64,000 nt of DNA from NCBI RefSeq assembly GCF_963921235.1, contig NC_086129.1, forward strand, positions 23,808,001-23,872,000, given 5' to 3'. The first letter of the stretch is position 1. Each line of letters starts with the position of its first letter. A program made the position numbers and the translations under genes. Of this stretch, positions 36,138-50,769 are shown one piece after another. Under the pieces are notes generated by a model. That model did not search any database and was not told the origin of the DNA. It saw only the letters and a list, made by a program, of their open reading frames with translations. Source of the DNA: Mobula hypostoma. Its lineage: Eukaryota.

Positions 36138-37989
36138 ATCCACTGTTCACCTCAGTGTATCAGCTGCAGACTGAATAAACATTGATTTTATTGTGACCTT
36201 AAAATTTGAGCGTCACCATTTTGTATTGGCATTTTATATTTGAATGGTCCATAGGTGCTCAAAACATGAGGCCTGCTGGAAAAGGCACGCGTCATTTATT
36301 CCCTGTGATGTGAAGTACTGAGTGTTTGTTTTTCTTGTGACTTCAGACTTAATTCTGGCATTTTTGACTTGGTATTTGGATGTGATTTGTGATTGAAAAA
36401 AAAATTGGCATGCTCTGGGCTTTGATGATGCTGGACTTGTTGATTTTCTGTATTATTGGATGTTGGAATTCCCCAACATACTTTTAATACTCTTTTTTAA
36501 AATCTTACCCAGTATTATAAAAACTTTTCCAATGAATTTGTTAAACTTAAAGTTGCAAAATAAAGTTTAAAGAGAGTTGAAGGGAGTGTGGAAACCAAGG
36601 ATTTGTCAAGTTGGAAGGAGCATGACAAACAACTCTTGTGATGCCAAATCATTGAGGTTTCCACATAATTGGATGATGGATTACCGGAACTTTACTCTAA
36701 TTTCAGTATCATGGCAAACTCATGTGTATCCCCAGCCCATTAAATACCGAATACAGAACTCTGAGCAACGCTCCCTTTGCAAAGTTTAAATCTTTAATGG
36801 TTCGGTCAAGGGATGAAAGTTCCTCATGCTCATGCTAGGAACATGGGACTGTGAACGGAGCTCAGTTGCAAACTGAGTGACCTCAAAGTCAGGAGAAATT
36901 GTCTCTCTTCCTGTTTACCACACCAGATTAATTTCTGTTTGAGCAGAGTAAAGAATGGCCTCTTGGAGAATTAGAATTAGATATTGCCACCATTTTGATG
37001 TGCTCCTTTTTGGTCCATTCTGATGACCCCATCAGTCCTTCTTCACTTAAACCTAGGACCCGATAGCCAGCTGCTTCTGACAGGAAATATCCTTTCTTGT
37101 CTTGTAGCACTGTGGTTTGCGCGAAGCTTCTATAGCTTAGGGTGTCAGAGTTTGGAGTTTAATTCTGACACCATTTGTAATGAGTTTGTACGTTCTCCCC
37201 GTGACCGCGTAGGTTTTGTCTGGGTGCTCTGGTTTACTCCCACAGTCCAAAGACCTACTGGTGAGTAGGTTAATTTGTCATTATAAATTGTCCTGTAATT
37301 AGGCTACTGTTAAATAGTTGGGTTGCTGGGTTGGGCTGCAAGGGCCTGTTCTGCGTTGTGTCTCTAAGACAAATAAACTATAGAAATTTCCATAATTTTC
37401 CTGAGACGCAGGGGTCTGCAGGTGCTGGAAACTGGAGCAACACACACAAAAGCCAAAGGAACTCAGCAGGTCAGGGAGCACCAATGGAGGGAAGTGGACA
37501 GTCAATGTTTTGGGTTGAGAGCCTTTATCTGGACTGATAGTTTTCTCCTATTATGATAGAGCAAGGAGAATCTTATACTACCCTTTGCACACAGAATCAT
37601 TTCTTAACATCTCTCACGATAATGTGTCCAATTGTTACACTGTATCCATCCCAGACTTACAAATGTTAGCTATCGTTTCTCCCTATCTACTATGCCTGTT
37701 TTCCTAAGTATGTCAAATTAAGTGCCTGATCTTCTGGAAGTCCTGTTCACGTAATTGATCTGTATAACTCAACTGTTGATCTGAGTACAAAGACATCTCA
37801 CTCTGTGGAGGAGAAGTGAGCCAGAGGAGATTTAGATGTGCCTTACTATTTCCGAGCTATAGTGACATGATTATACAAATAATTTATTCAGTGTATAAGT
37901 CAAAGAACCTGAAAATTGGAAATAATTTTCATTACAATTGTTTGTGAAGATTGGAAGCCTATGTTTTGCAATTTCCCTACCCTTAGATG

Positions 37990-38554
37990 GGTGTGTATGG
38001 GGTGTCAGGGAGGGGGAGCACCTCTGGTGGGGGAACATGTCGTGTCCTTTTCCAGGTGGTTAGCCCAGCTTTGGTCCCCACCTGGCACTCAGCTCACACC
38101 TGTGGCTCCCCGTATCTGTTTGCATACGACAGCGGCCACACTCCGGGCAACGGCTTCAACAAGCCGGCTAAACCAGGTGAGGGTAGCTGACGGGTCTCAA
38201 ACCCTCGGTGAGATAGGGAGTTGTCTATCCCACAATGTGAAGACAGACTCCGGCGGATTGAGCGGACGAGACCAATGGAAGGTCCAATGGTCGAGAAGGC
38301 CGTCTCTGCAAGCGTTGTGGAACGCGTAGAGCACGACAAGACACAGAAGACGTCCTGGTCATCCACCGCGCCTAGTCCCATCTCCAGCTGTCTCGACTCT
38401 GTCTTGACACTGGATCCAGATGGGAAGTGGGAAGAGAGAGTGAGGCTGACGCTGCGCAACTCTCCCTCACTTAAATCCAAATCATGCACTAGTCTTGGCA
38501 CCATCAATGGTGTCGAGGTCATCATCGACGACGACGATGGACGAACATGGATGG
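37990..38554 (+). mobile_element. Same non-autonomous retroelement, copy 2
   Basis: Duplicate of 9357-9921 with the same TSD. Confidence 0.65.
37999..38179 (+). ncRNA. HDV-like ribozyme (predicted), copy 2
   Basis: Same sequence as 9366-9546; catalytic C retained at 38168. Confidence 0.72.
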
Positions 38555-38929
38555 ACCCTTAAATGAATTTTAAATACCTGCCTGAAGAAACTTGTTAGAA
38601 TTAGGGGCAGTGAACTTGGACTTCTTGTCCCATCACTGCTGAACATCACCGGCTGCTTTGATTATCTCGGCCCTCCCACCCTTTAGAATTAACTCAGTCC
38701 AAATCAGAGCTAACTGCAGCCCAAAGAGGGTGCATTGCTCCACTCACTCTTGATTGTAATTAGGAAATTTTGTGATAAATGAACAAGTAATAAGCTTCCT
38801 TCCAAACAGGTGCTAAGCCTTAGCCAAGTTTATGCAGGATATTTCAGAGTTCAAAGAATGCAGCGAATGCCTGGTAGATAACATATAATATTTTTAAAAT
38901 GAAATTCTTTAATTGTTTAAAGAATTAAA

Positions 38930-39748
38930 TTAAATAAGTGGAATGTCAATAAATCCATCATCCTGTATGTGGCCTTCCCACTGACGATCATCTTCTTCAC
39001 CCTCCATTTGGTCTGGTGATCTTCCTTTAGGTTTCACCTTCTGCTTCAACTGATCTAATTCACTTCTGAACTTTTTCTTCAGCCCTGTACTCCAAGTCTC
39101 TAACCTATTGATCAGTTTCAATCGAGACCTCCCATTGGATAGCTGCTGTAAAGATTCTGCATTTAGTTGCTTCAGGGCCCCAGGTTCTGACTGAGGGTCC
39201 CACAGGATGGGCCAAAGGGACAGATCCTGATCAATAGGAAGGGTAGGACTGCCACTGGCTGCAGACAGGGAGTCATTGTCTCTCCTTAAACTGAGCGGGC
39301 CACTAAAATGATCTGCCTTTCGACAGATCAGAATGATTGGCTCAGCTGCTCTCTCAGTGCTTGCATCCATCCTGCAGATCTGTGCTTGAGTGCTGCCATT
39401 TTTTGTTGCAATTGTAAAATCTTCAGTCTCACCACCATTTAATCCCACCACCACTTCCTTCTGATAAGTACACGTCACTGAGTACTTCCTCATTTCATTT
39501 ACCTTTACATTCTTGTGACTTGTTATCACCTTCTTGTCTTGTCCTATTTGCTGTCCATATACCTGCAATCCATTTTCAGCAACTGTGTGTTCCTTGATGT
39601 TATAAAATCTCACAGTGTTTGGTGATACAATGGATGTAAAGCTGCTCAAATCCTCTCTCTTTTGGGGCACCAACAAGCCTTTCTCAGGGGCACCTATAGG
39701 TTCTTGGTCTGAATTCAGTTGATACTGTTTATTCCATTGTTCTACCAT
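38930..39748 (-). CDS. Uncharacterised 272-aa protein, copy 2
   Basis: Translation identical to 10297-11115. Confidence 0.6.
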   Translation of the reverse strand: MVEQWNKQYQLNSDQEPIGAPEKGLLVPQKREDLSSFTSIVSPNTVRFYNIKEHTVAENGLQVYGQQIGQDKKVITSHKNVKVNEMRKYSVTCTYQKEVVVGLNGGETEDFTIATKNGSTQAQICRMDASTERAAEPIILICRKADHFSGPLSLRRDNDSLSAASGSPTLPIDQDLSLWPILWDPQSEPGALKQLNAESLQQLSNGRSRLKLINRLETWSTGLKKKFRSELDQLKQKVKPKGRSPDQMEGEEDDRQWEGHIQDDGFIDIPLI

Positions 39749-42700
39749 CTTAATGCATTGAACTCATAACAAGTTATTTCTTCTTATCTATTGTCAGCTA
39801 TTCAAGCGCCATCAAAACTTTAAATGCAGTGTATCGTAATTTTAACAGGCTGTCTGCCAGTTGCAGAGATGAAGTAATTTTTGGGCTTTGTGATGTTGGG
39901 TATCAGTGTAACAGGTTGCAAGTTGGTGTAACAGAGTAGTCCAACATCACTCATCACATGCAGTCTGGTCAGGATTGAACACTTACAGTACTTACCTGAA
40001 GTCTGTATTTCAGGAAAAGAAAACTCGCGCTTTTCTTCACTTCAAAGCTGTCAGCAAAGTGGGAGAGAATGTTGTGTGTTCAAGACCTGGTTCAATGATT
40101 TGATCACAAAATCCATATTAGTAGTTCATCGCAGAGTGGAGGGAGTGTTGCAGTGTCGGAGATGCCATCCTTTGTATGAGGCAGTAAGCTGTGGTTCAAT
40201 CACTGTTTTATGATGGGTATCAGACATTTCATGACACTACTTAGAAGCACAAAGGGTTTTGGCCCGAAACGTCGACTGTACTTTTTTGCATAGATGCTGC
40301 CTGGCCTGCTGAGTTCCTCCAGCATTTTGTGTGTGTTGCTCAGATTTCCAGCATCTGCAGACTTTTTCTTGTTTGATTACAGACATCATGTTGTCCAAGA
40401 TAATATTTAAATATTATCAATAAAGTATTATACAATTGGTTTCGTTTTGTGGAATCTTGATATGTGAAAATGTGCTGTGTGTTCCCTACAATCGTGGTCA
40501 CAAAGAAGTACTTAGTTGGCTGCAAGCATTTTGAGATCCTCTGAGTAAAAACAATAAAATTTGCTTTCTGAAGTAAAACTCACTACCGAGGATGAACACT
40601 TACATTATATATTAAAGATATGGGTTTATTTACAGGTTTTCTTGTGTGGAAAATGTGGAAATATGGAAAGGATGTATTTCTGTTGTTAATTTACATGATG
40701 CAGCCAACAATGGAAGGGCAACATTTCTTACCCAGCCCTGATAACCCAAGAGAACACGGCACTGTGCATCATGCTGGAACAGCTGCAGTCCTTTTGATGA
40801 AGATACTCCCACAGTGCCACCCTGTAAACAATTCTAGGATTTGACCCCGTGATGATGGACTTGCAGTATATTTCCAAGTCAGGATAGTGTGTGAATTATC
40901 CCCATGCAGCAGCTTCCTTTGCCCTTCTTGTTGGGAAATATGGATCTGGACAAACGTGTGGTGTGGCTTGGGCTAATATAGATCCTAAACCCCACAATCA
41001 AAGTATGCCAATAGTGGAGGGAGAGAATGATTGCAGTTGTGGATAGTGTCAGGTTTCCTTGACTTTAGATGTAGTGCAGATAAAGTGATCTTGTTTACAG
41101 AGGGAGAAAGTGACAAACTAGTCAGTCTGATACCTATAGTGTCAAATTGTTGAGAAATGTTCTGAGGGGCAGCATAAAGAGAGATACATTATTCACGATC
41201 GGTCAGCATGGAATTGTAAAGTGCAGCTGTGTCTGATCAAGAATTGAATTTCTAGTGGATGCTCATGAGGACAGAGCAGTTCTATAGTACATGGTTTTTA
41301 ACAAAGCACTTGACAAAGCCACAATGGCAGATTGATCATGCAGGCAAAAGCCAGGTAAGACTGTAGTCGGTTGGAATCCAGTGGTAAGTACAGTACTTCA
41401 CCCGCTGGCAGCAAATATCTCACTTAGAAAGATGACTGTTAATGTTGGAAGTCAGTTATCCTACGCCTGGTAAAATTCAATAGAGCAGTATCCTAAACCC
41501 AGAAAATATACACCAGGTTTATCAGTGGCCTCGCCTTCTAACATTTGACTTGGCGATGTTCACTGATGATTCAACTCAGTTCCATTGAAAAGTCTCAGCA
41601 AATGTTGTATTCATGCCTGCGTATAACATTCTGATGGTGTTCTTTTCTTGTATAAACTCCAATTTTTCTAGCATGTTTATATTGTTCAATATTTCAAGCA
41701 TTTGGAAGGGATTCTTTCAAGAAAACATGACTTGGAAAATAGGAGAGCAGAATCCAGGCCATATGCATAGTCTCCATTTTGATAGGAACTCAACTGGTTG
41801 ATATTCATTGTTATTGAATAGCAAGTCTATCTGGGACTATAGAGCAATGCTGAAATTATCTCCAGGAGATGTGTCAGTGGACTGAACAAGCAGCAATATG
41901 GGATCTCTCTATCTCTTTCCACTTGTAAGCATCTTGTTGAAGATGTTATTAACAAAAAACCGAACCTCAGATGGAGGCAAAGCTGGTGAAACACATGGTT
42001 AATTTAAGAGAGTCTTATTTTGGGGATTGCTGCTATAATCTTCTGATGCCACAGCTGAAATGAGATGAAACACGTTACAACATGGCCAGATTTTTCCTTG
42101 TGCAGTTTTAGAGCCATAGAGTACTACAGCACAGAAACAGGCCCTTCGGCCTATCTAGTCCATGCTGACCTGATCTTTTTAAAAGAAGGATGTTGGCAAA
42201 AGACGGGGAACTATAGGCTAGTTACTTAACACCTGTAGTCGGGAAAATACTTGAAGCTGTTAAGGAAGAAATAGCGAAACATTTAGAAAGGAGTGGTTCC
42301 ATTAGACAGACACAGCATGGAATCAGAAAGGGCAGGTCCTGTTTGACAAACTTACTGGAGTTCTTTGAGGATATAATGAGTGCAGTGGATAGAGGGGAAC
42401 GGGTGGATGTTGTATGCCTGGATTTCCAGAAGGCATTCGATATGGTGCCGCACAAGAGACTTATAGATAAGATACGGATGCATGGAGTCGGAAGAAGTGT
42501 ATTGGCATGGATAGTGGATTGGTTAACCAATAGAAGGCAGAGAGTTGGTACAAATGGGTGTTTCTTTGGTTGGCAGTCAGTGGTGAGTGGGGTGCCGCAG
42601 GGGTCGGTGCTGGGCCCGCAGCTGTTTACCATTTATATTGATGATTTGGAAGAGGGGACTGAGTGTAGCGTAGCAAAATTTGCTGATGACACTAAACTGA

Positions 42701-45700
42701 GTGGAAAAGTACAGAGGATGTGGAGAGTCTGCAGAGGGATATAGATAGGTTAAGTGAGTGGGCCAAGGTCTGGCAGATGGAAGACAACGTTGGTAAGTGT
42801 GAGATCATCTACTTTGGAAGAATAATAGAAGAGCAGATTATTATTTAAACGGTGAAAAATTGCAGCATGCTGTTGTGAAGAGGGACTTGGGAGTGCTTAT
42901 GCATGAATTGCGAAAAGTTGGCTTACAGGTGCAACAGGTTATTAAGAAGGCACTGGTGAGGCCGCACCTGGAGTACTGTGTGCAGTTCTGGTCTCCATAC
43001 TTGAGGAAGGATATATTGGCTTTGGAGGCAGTGTAGAGGACGTTCACCAGGTTGATTCCAGAGATGAAGGGGTTAATCTATGAGGAGAGATTGAGTCACC
43101 TGGGACTATACTCTCTGGAATTCAGAAGAATGAGAGGGGATCTTATAGAAACATACAGAATTTTGAAAGGGATAGATAAGATACAAGTAGGAAAGTTGCT
43201 TCCACTTTAGAAGAATTAATAAAGGCATAGATTATTTTCTAAACCAGGAGAAAATTAAAATATCTGAGGTGCAAAGGGACTTGGGAGTCCTCGTGTAGGA
43301 CTCTCTAAAGGTTAACTTGCAGGTTGGTTCAGCGGTAAGGAAGGAAAAATGCAATGTTAGCATTCATTTCAAGAGGACTAGAATATAAAAGCAAGGATGT
43401 GATGCTGAGGCTTTGCAAGGCATTGGTCTGACTGCACTTGGAGTATCGTGAGCAGTTCAGGGTCCCTTATCTCAAAAAACATGTACTGGCATTCGAGAGG
43501 ATCCAGAGGACATTCATTAGAATGATCCTTGGAAAGAAGGGGTTAACATATGAGGAGTGTTTCATGGCTCTGAACCTGTACTCTCTGAAGTCTATAAGCC
43601 TGGGGGATCTCAGAGAAACCAACTGAATATTGAAAGGCTAAGATAGAGTGGATTTTGGAGAGGATGTTTCCTACAGCAGGGAATCTAGGACCAGAGGCCA
43701 CAGCTTGGAATACAAAGACGTCCCTTTAGAACAGAGATGAGGAGGAATTTATTTAGCCAGAGGGTGGTGAACCTGTGGAATTTATTGCCCAGATGGCTGT
43801 GGAGGCCAGGTCATCGAGTATATTTAAGGTGGAGGTTGACAGGTTCTTGATTAGTCAGGGCATCAAAGGTTTCAGGGAGAAGGCAAGAGAATGGGGTTGA
43901 GAGGGATAGTAAATCAGCCATGAGTGAATGGCCAAGTAGACTCAATGGGCCAAATAGCCTAATCCTGCTCCTGTACCTTATGGTCTTATGGACAGTGAAC
44001 TGTCGGGCACTGAAGAGTGAAGTAGAACAAAGGGATCTGGGAATACAGATCCTGGATAGTTTATATAGATTTTGGGATTGATTCCCAGATGAAGGAATTG
44101 TAGGCAAGAGATGCTCAACTTGTCACTGGTTTGCATTATCATCAACTATTTACCCATCTGACAATATTACATAATACCCTTACCACTGGATATGACAGCA
44201 GAATCTGAAAACAAGAAGGAAATCATTGAATTAGTTACTTGCAGCAAACTAATATTACAAAAGGATTCCATCTGTGTCAAATTGAAAAGCATTTAGAATG
44301 TGTTCTTTGATGACCCATCAAACTTAATGACATCTTCTGGAATTTCCCGATCTAACTTTATATGGAGAGGTACATAGAACATAGAACAGTACAATACAGG
44401 AACAGGCCTTTCAGCCCTCAATATTGTGTGGAATTTAATTACCAATTTAATGGCCAACTAAACTAATCCCTACTGCCTACACAATGTCTTTCTCCTTCCA
44501 TTACTCTCTCATTTATGTGCCTATCTAATTGTCTGTTAATAATCCCTAATGATTCTGCCTCTACATCCACCCCAGGCACCAACCACTCTTTGCACTCTCT
44601 CCGAAGTTTCAACGTGCTTCCATTAATGGGACGAACAGAACTGTATGTAATACTCCGTATGAGGCCAAACGAGACATTTATAAAGCTGCAACATACCTTC
44701 CTGGGTTTTGAAATCAATGCCTCAACTAATAAATACAAGCCTATGTAGTCAATTTCAGGGAGCTATGAACTTGGACCCCAAGATCGCTCTGTTCACCAAT
44801 ACTTTTGAGGGTCCCTTAACAGTTACATTTGACCTATTAAGGTGCAAAATTTCACATTTGGCTGGGTTAAACTCCATTTGCCATTTATCCGCCCAAATCC
44901 ACGGCACCACCAATCTTCGTATCATCTGCAAATTTATCAACCCACCCATCTATATTTTCATCCAGCTCATTTCTATACATGACAAACACCAGGTTCTAGT
45001 ATAGATCCCAGCGGAACAGCATTAATCACAGACCTCCAGGCAGAATAAGTCCCTTCAACCACAACCCTCTGTCTTCTATGAGCAAGACAGTTCCACATCC
45101 AAAAGGCCAATTCACCACTGATCCCATGCATCTTAACCTTCTGGAAGAGCCTCCCATTAGGGAGCTTGTCAAATGCTTCACTAAAGTCCATGTAGATAAC
45201 ATCAACATCTTCATCAATCACCCTCGTCATCTCATCAAAAAACTCAAACAAGTTAGTAAGACAATGCTGGTACTCTCTAATTAGGCCATGGTTTTCCAAA
45301 TGGTCATAAATCCTATCCTGAAGTATTTTCTCCAGTAACTTCCCTGCCACTGATGTAAGACTCATCAGTCTATAGTTTCCAGGATTATCCCTGGTTGGAC
45401 ATGCAGTCAAACAGTCTCATCGCTTGCCTCTCTCAATAACCTGGGCTACATCCCATCAGGTCCTGCAGATTTATCCAATGCAATTCCCTTTAAGAGATCT
45501 AATACTACCACCTCCCTTACCTCGAAATGCTCCTGGCATATTAATACTCTCAACACTGACCTCCCTATCCTCCACTCATTAATGACCTCACCCACGTCCG
45601 CCACATCTAAGAATAAAGATCCTTAAGAATCCTACCCTCTCTATAGTTAACTCCTTGCATTTGATGTAGGTGTAGAATGCCTTGGGATTCTCTTTAATCC

Positions 45701-48700
45701 TACTTGCCGAAGTCATTTCATGGCACTTCCTGGTTTTCCTAATTCCCCTCTAAGAGTTTTTTTCCTGGCTTCTTTATATTCCTTAAGGGCTCTGTTTGAT
45801 TCTAGCTTCCTAAGCATTACTTACTTTCCCTTTTCTTTCTTGAATAAATTCATTATCTCCCTCAACATCCGAGGTTCTCTTACCTTGCCGTCCTTGTCCT
45901 TCCTTCTGACTGGAACATATGTGTACTCTACTCTTGACAGGTATATTTATATCCATCAAATTCTTTCTTATCTGAAGTCCTTTAAATACCAGTGTTGCAA
46001 AGACTCAAAACTGAGCTTCTGTTGCCTTTGCCTTTAACTATCTTGCAACCGTAACTGCACAGCTTTCTCGCCAGGATATAAGGAGGTAATCATTGACAAT
46101 ATATCATAAATCTCAATGATAATCCTGAATGTCAGAATGAACCTAACGTTGGTCCTTGTGAACTCAAACGCTGCTTTACTTTTTCACTAAACTGTCAAAT
46201 GCAAATTTCATTCAAAGACATACGAACAGCACAAAATAACAGTTTCTAAGCTCTTTTTGTCAAGAATAGCTTTTTCTTAAACAATTGTCTATTGCCAAAC
46301 TAACACTGATGTAATAAAAAGGAGATGCTATATTATAAAGTCATAAAGCACTGTCTATGCTGACCATCAACAATCCATTTTACGTGAATCCCATTTTTAT
46401 TCACTTGATTCTCTCACCAACTCCCCCCACCCTCACAGATCCTACCACTCAACTACACACGTTATCCCACCAACCTGCATCTGTTTGGTATGCAGGAGGA
46501 AACCAGATCACCATGAGGAGACTATTTAAACCATAAGACCATAAGACACAGGAGAAGAAGGAGGCAGCTTGGTATATCGAGTCTGTTCTGCCATTCAGTC
46601 AAGGCTGATCCTTTTTTTCCCCTCCTCAGCCCCACTCCCCAGCCTTCTCCCCGTAGCCTTTGATGCCATGGCCAATCAAGAACCTATCAATCTCTGCCTT
46701 AAATGCACCCAATGACCTGGGCTCCACAGTTGCCTGTGGTAACAAATTCCACAAATTCACCACCCTCTGGCTAAAAGAATTTCTCTGCATCTCCGTTTTA
46801 AATGGATGTTCTTCTATCCTGAGGCTGTGCCCTCTTGTCCTAGACTCCACCACCATGGGAAACATCTTTTCCACATCTACTCTGTCTAGGCCTTTCAACA
46901 TTCAAAAGGTTTCGATGAGAACCCCCCTCATCCTTCTAAATTCCAGCGAGTACAGGCCCAGAGTCATCAAATATTCCTCAAATGATAACCTTTTCGTTTC
47001 CAGAATCATCTTTGTGAACCTCCTCTGCATCCTCTCTAATGCTAGAACATCTTTTCTTAGATAAGCAGCCCAAAACTATTCACAATACTCAAGGCGAGGC
47101 TTCACCAGTGCCTTATAAAGCCTCAGCATCACATCTCTGCTCTTATATTCAAGACCTCTTGAAATGAGTGCTAACTTGGCATTTGCTTTCCTCACCACTC
47201 ACTCAACTTGCAAGTTAACCTTTAGGGTGTTCTGCACAAGGACTTTCAAGTCCCTCTGCATCTCAGATTTTTGAATTTTCTCCCTGTTTAAAAAATAGTC
47301 TGCACATTTATTTCTTCTACTAAAGTGTATGACCATACATTTTCCAGCATTGCATTTCATTTGCCACTTTCTTGCCCATTTTCCTAATCTGCCTAAGTCC
47401 TTCTGCAGCTTTCCTGTTTCGTCAAAAACTACCTGCCCCTCCACCAATCTTCATATCATCTGCAAACTTGGCAACAAAGCCATCTATTCCATCATCTATA
47501 TCATTTATATACAGCATAAGAAGATGCGGTCCCAACACCGACCCCTGCGGAACACCACCAGTAACTGGCAGCCAATCAGAAAAACATTCTTTTATTCCCA
47601 GTCGCTGCCTCCTCCCAATCAGGCAATGCTCTAACCATGTTAGTAACTTTCCTGTAATACCAATGGCTCTTAACTTGGTAAGCAGCCTCATGTGTGGCAC
47701 CTTGTCAAAAAGGCCTTCTGAAAGTCTGGGCCCATTGTTGTTTGTCATCTGGATGATAATGTGGTAAATTGGATCAGTAAATTTGTGGATGACATCAAGA
47801 TTAGGGAGTAATGGACAGCGAAGATGCCTAACAAAGTTTGCAATGGGATCTGGACAGCTGGAAAAATGGGCTGAAAAATGGCAGGTACAATTTAATGCAG
47901 ACAAGCATTGATGTGTTGCACTCAGGAGTGTGGTAGAACAGAAGGATATGGGAATACAGATTCATAATTCCTTGTAAGTGGTGTCACAGGCAGATAGGGT
48001 CACAAAGAGAGCTTTTGACACATTCACCTTTAAGTCAAAGTATTGAGGACAAGAGTTGGGGTGTTGTGTTGAAATTAGAGAAAGACATTGGCGAGGCCAA
48101 AGTGGAGTTATAGTCACCTACTGTACCTACAGGTAAGATCCAAAAGATTGAAAAAGTACAGGGAAAATTTAAAGGACATTGGCAGAACTTGAGGACCTGA
48201 GTTATAGGAACAGATTAAACTGGTTAGGACTTTGTTCCCTGGAGTTAGAAAAATGAGGGGTATAGATAGGTTGAGACTAGATTTAAAGGTTAAGGGTGAA
48301 AAGTGAAAAGTTTAAGGGAACATGAGGGGAAACTTCTTCACTCAGAAGGTGGTGTGAGTGTGGAAGAAGTTGCCAGCAGAGACGCTGGTCAGAACATTTA
48401 AGAGAAATTTGGATAAATACGTGGATGGGAGTGGCATGGATGGCTATGGTCCAGGTGAGAGTTGATGGGACTAGGCAAGATCACAGTTGGGCACAGACTA
48501 AATGGGCCGAAAGGCTTGTTTCTGTGATTAGTCCTCTATCACTGAGTCTAAGATGACTCCCCAGACTCTGCAGCGGTAGTGTGAACTCCTTTAACCAATG
48601 ACAAAGCAGGCCTTAACCTTCGAACTGATGACACCAGCACCCATGAATGTTTAATGCAAGGTGGAAGTAAAAGACCATTGTATGCTGCTTGGTATTACTA

Positions 48701-50650
48701 AACATAATCTGTAGTCTTCATGTTCCAACGGCTCTTACACTTAATATGACAATTAGAAGTTTGCCTTCAAGTCATTAAAGTCACATTGCATGGTATTCCA
48801 GGAAAACAGAGACTGGATATTACATATCTGTCTGTCTTTCAGAGTCAAGCATGTGGAACAGCTTGGCGAACTGGTACTTGGGAGTAATATTCCTGATTAA
48901 ACCTATTATACTTGCAGATGGTTGATAGCTCCTCAGTGCATACAAAATTATCTCTGGGTTATCACTACAAATTTCACAGCTTCATTTTAAATCATTACCT
49001 TGTGATAAGGCATTGTTTGAGGAACAGATGGAATCTGCAAACAGAAGGAAATTATTAAGGAGAGCACCAATGGTGAGTTAAAACTAGTGACCAGGAATGA
49101 TTCCAATTTTTGGCTAAGTATCATGAACACAATCCTTGCTTATCTGTTGAAATGATTGAGACATCGAGGCGAATGCCATAGGCGAGCGAGAGTTTAGCGC
49201 CAACTGCCTTCCTTTTGATTGCTGCTGAGAAGGTGTCTGTGACTGGCCTGTCGCTGTATGGTTCACCGCGGCTGGGGGGTAGGCCTTTGTGTTTGAATGG
49301 TGTCTCTCTCTTTGTTGACAAAGGAAGATGTTACTGTGGTTCTGTGTTATGGATTGGACTATTGTGTTTATGGACTGAGGACTTTCTCAGTAATATGGTT
49401 TTCATATTCTGTGTTTTTCGCTCATTTCTTTCCATATTTTTGTGTGAAGGAAAAGGGTGTCGGGGGGTCGATATTCTTGTCCGTTTTGTGTGGGGGAAGG
49501 GGAACTTGCGGTCTGATTGTGTTCCTTTTTGTGCGGGTTTTGATGTTTCTCTCTGAATCACTTTCCTGTTGTTTCATGGCTATCTGGAGAAGATAAAACT
49601 CAGAGTTGTGTATGGACATATGCTTTGATAATAAATGAACCTTCGACCTTTGACCTTTGAAGCCGCTGCCTTACCTTCTTTATAGCTGCATCAATATGTT
49701 GGGACCAGGTTAGATCCTCAGAGATCTTGACACACATTAACTTGAAACTGCGCACTCTTTCCACTTCTGATCCCTCTATGAGGATTTGTCTGTGTTACCT
49801 TGCTGCCATTCATGCTATTTATTGTGTTTTGCTTTGTAGGAATTAACATCCTGCAAACCCCACCAGAGTTGACGTGCATCCGATGTTCCCTCCAACCTCA
49901 CTCAGAATTGTTTCTTCGCTCTTGAAATAGCCCTCTGCAAGTTATAACCACATATAACCATATAACATTTACAGCACGGAAACAGGCTATCTCGGCCCTT
50001 CTAGTCTGTGCCGAATTCTTACTCTCACCTAGTCGCACCGACCTGCACTCAGCCCGTAACCCTCCATTCCTTTCCTGTCCATATAGCTGTCCAATTTAAC
50101 TATAAACGACTACATCGAACCCGCCTCAACCACTTCTGCTGGAAGCTCGTTCCACACAGCTACCACTCTCTGAGTAAAGAAGTTCCCCCTCATGTTACCC
50201 CTAAACTTTTGCCCTTTAACTCTCAACTCATGTCCTCTTGTTTGAATCTCCCCCACTCTCAATGGAAAAAGCCTATCCACGTCAGCTCTATTTATCCCCC
50301 TCATAATTTTAATACCTCTATAAAGTCCCCCCACAACCTTCTACGCTCCAAAGAATAAAGACCCAACTTGTTCAATCTTTCTCTGTAACTTAGGTGATGA
50401 AACCCAAGTAACATTCTAGTAAACCTCTGTACTCTCTCTATTTTGTTGACATCTTTCATATAATTCGGTGACCAAAACTGTACACAATACTCCAAATTTG
50501 GCCTCACCAATGCCTTGTACAATTTCAACATTACATCCCAACTCCTATACTCAATGCTCTGATTTATAAAGGCCAGCATACCAAAAGCTTTCTTCACCAC
50601 CCTATCCACATGAGATTCCACTTTCAGGGAACTATGCACCATTATTCCTA

Positions 50651-50769
50651 CAACATACATCAAAGTTGCTGGTGAACGCAGCAGGCCAGGCAGCATCTAT
50701 AGGAAGAAGCGCAGTCGACGTTTCAGGCCGAGACCCTTCGTCAGGACTAACTGAAGGAAGAGTGAGTAA
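50651..50769 (-). mobile_element. Short Penelope-terminal-repeat-derived insertion inside a CR1
   Basis: Flanked by CCTA at 50647-50650 and 50770-50773; the paralogous site in copy 1 is empty (single CCTA at 28843-28846). Confidence 0.75.
50712..50749 (-). ncRNA. Minimal type-I hammerhead ribozyme motif (Penelope-like element type)
   Basis: Minus strand UAGUC-CUGACGA-AGG(GUCUCGG)CCU-GAAACGUC-GACUG: intact CUGANGA/GAAA core, 5-bp stem I, 3-bp stem II, loop-less palindromic stem III. Confidence 0.65.
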
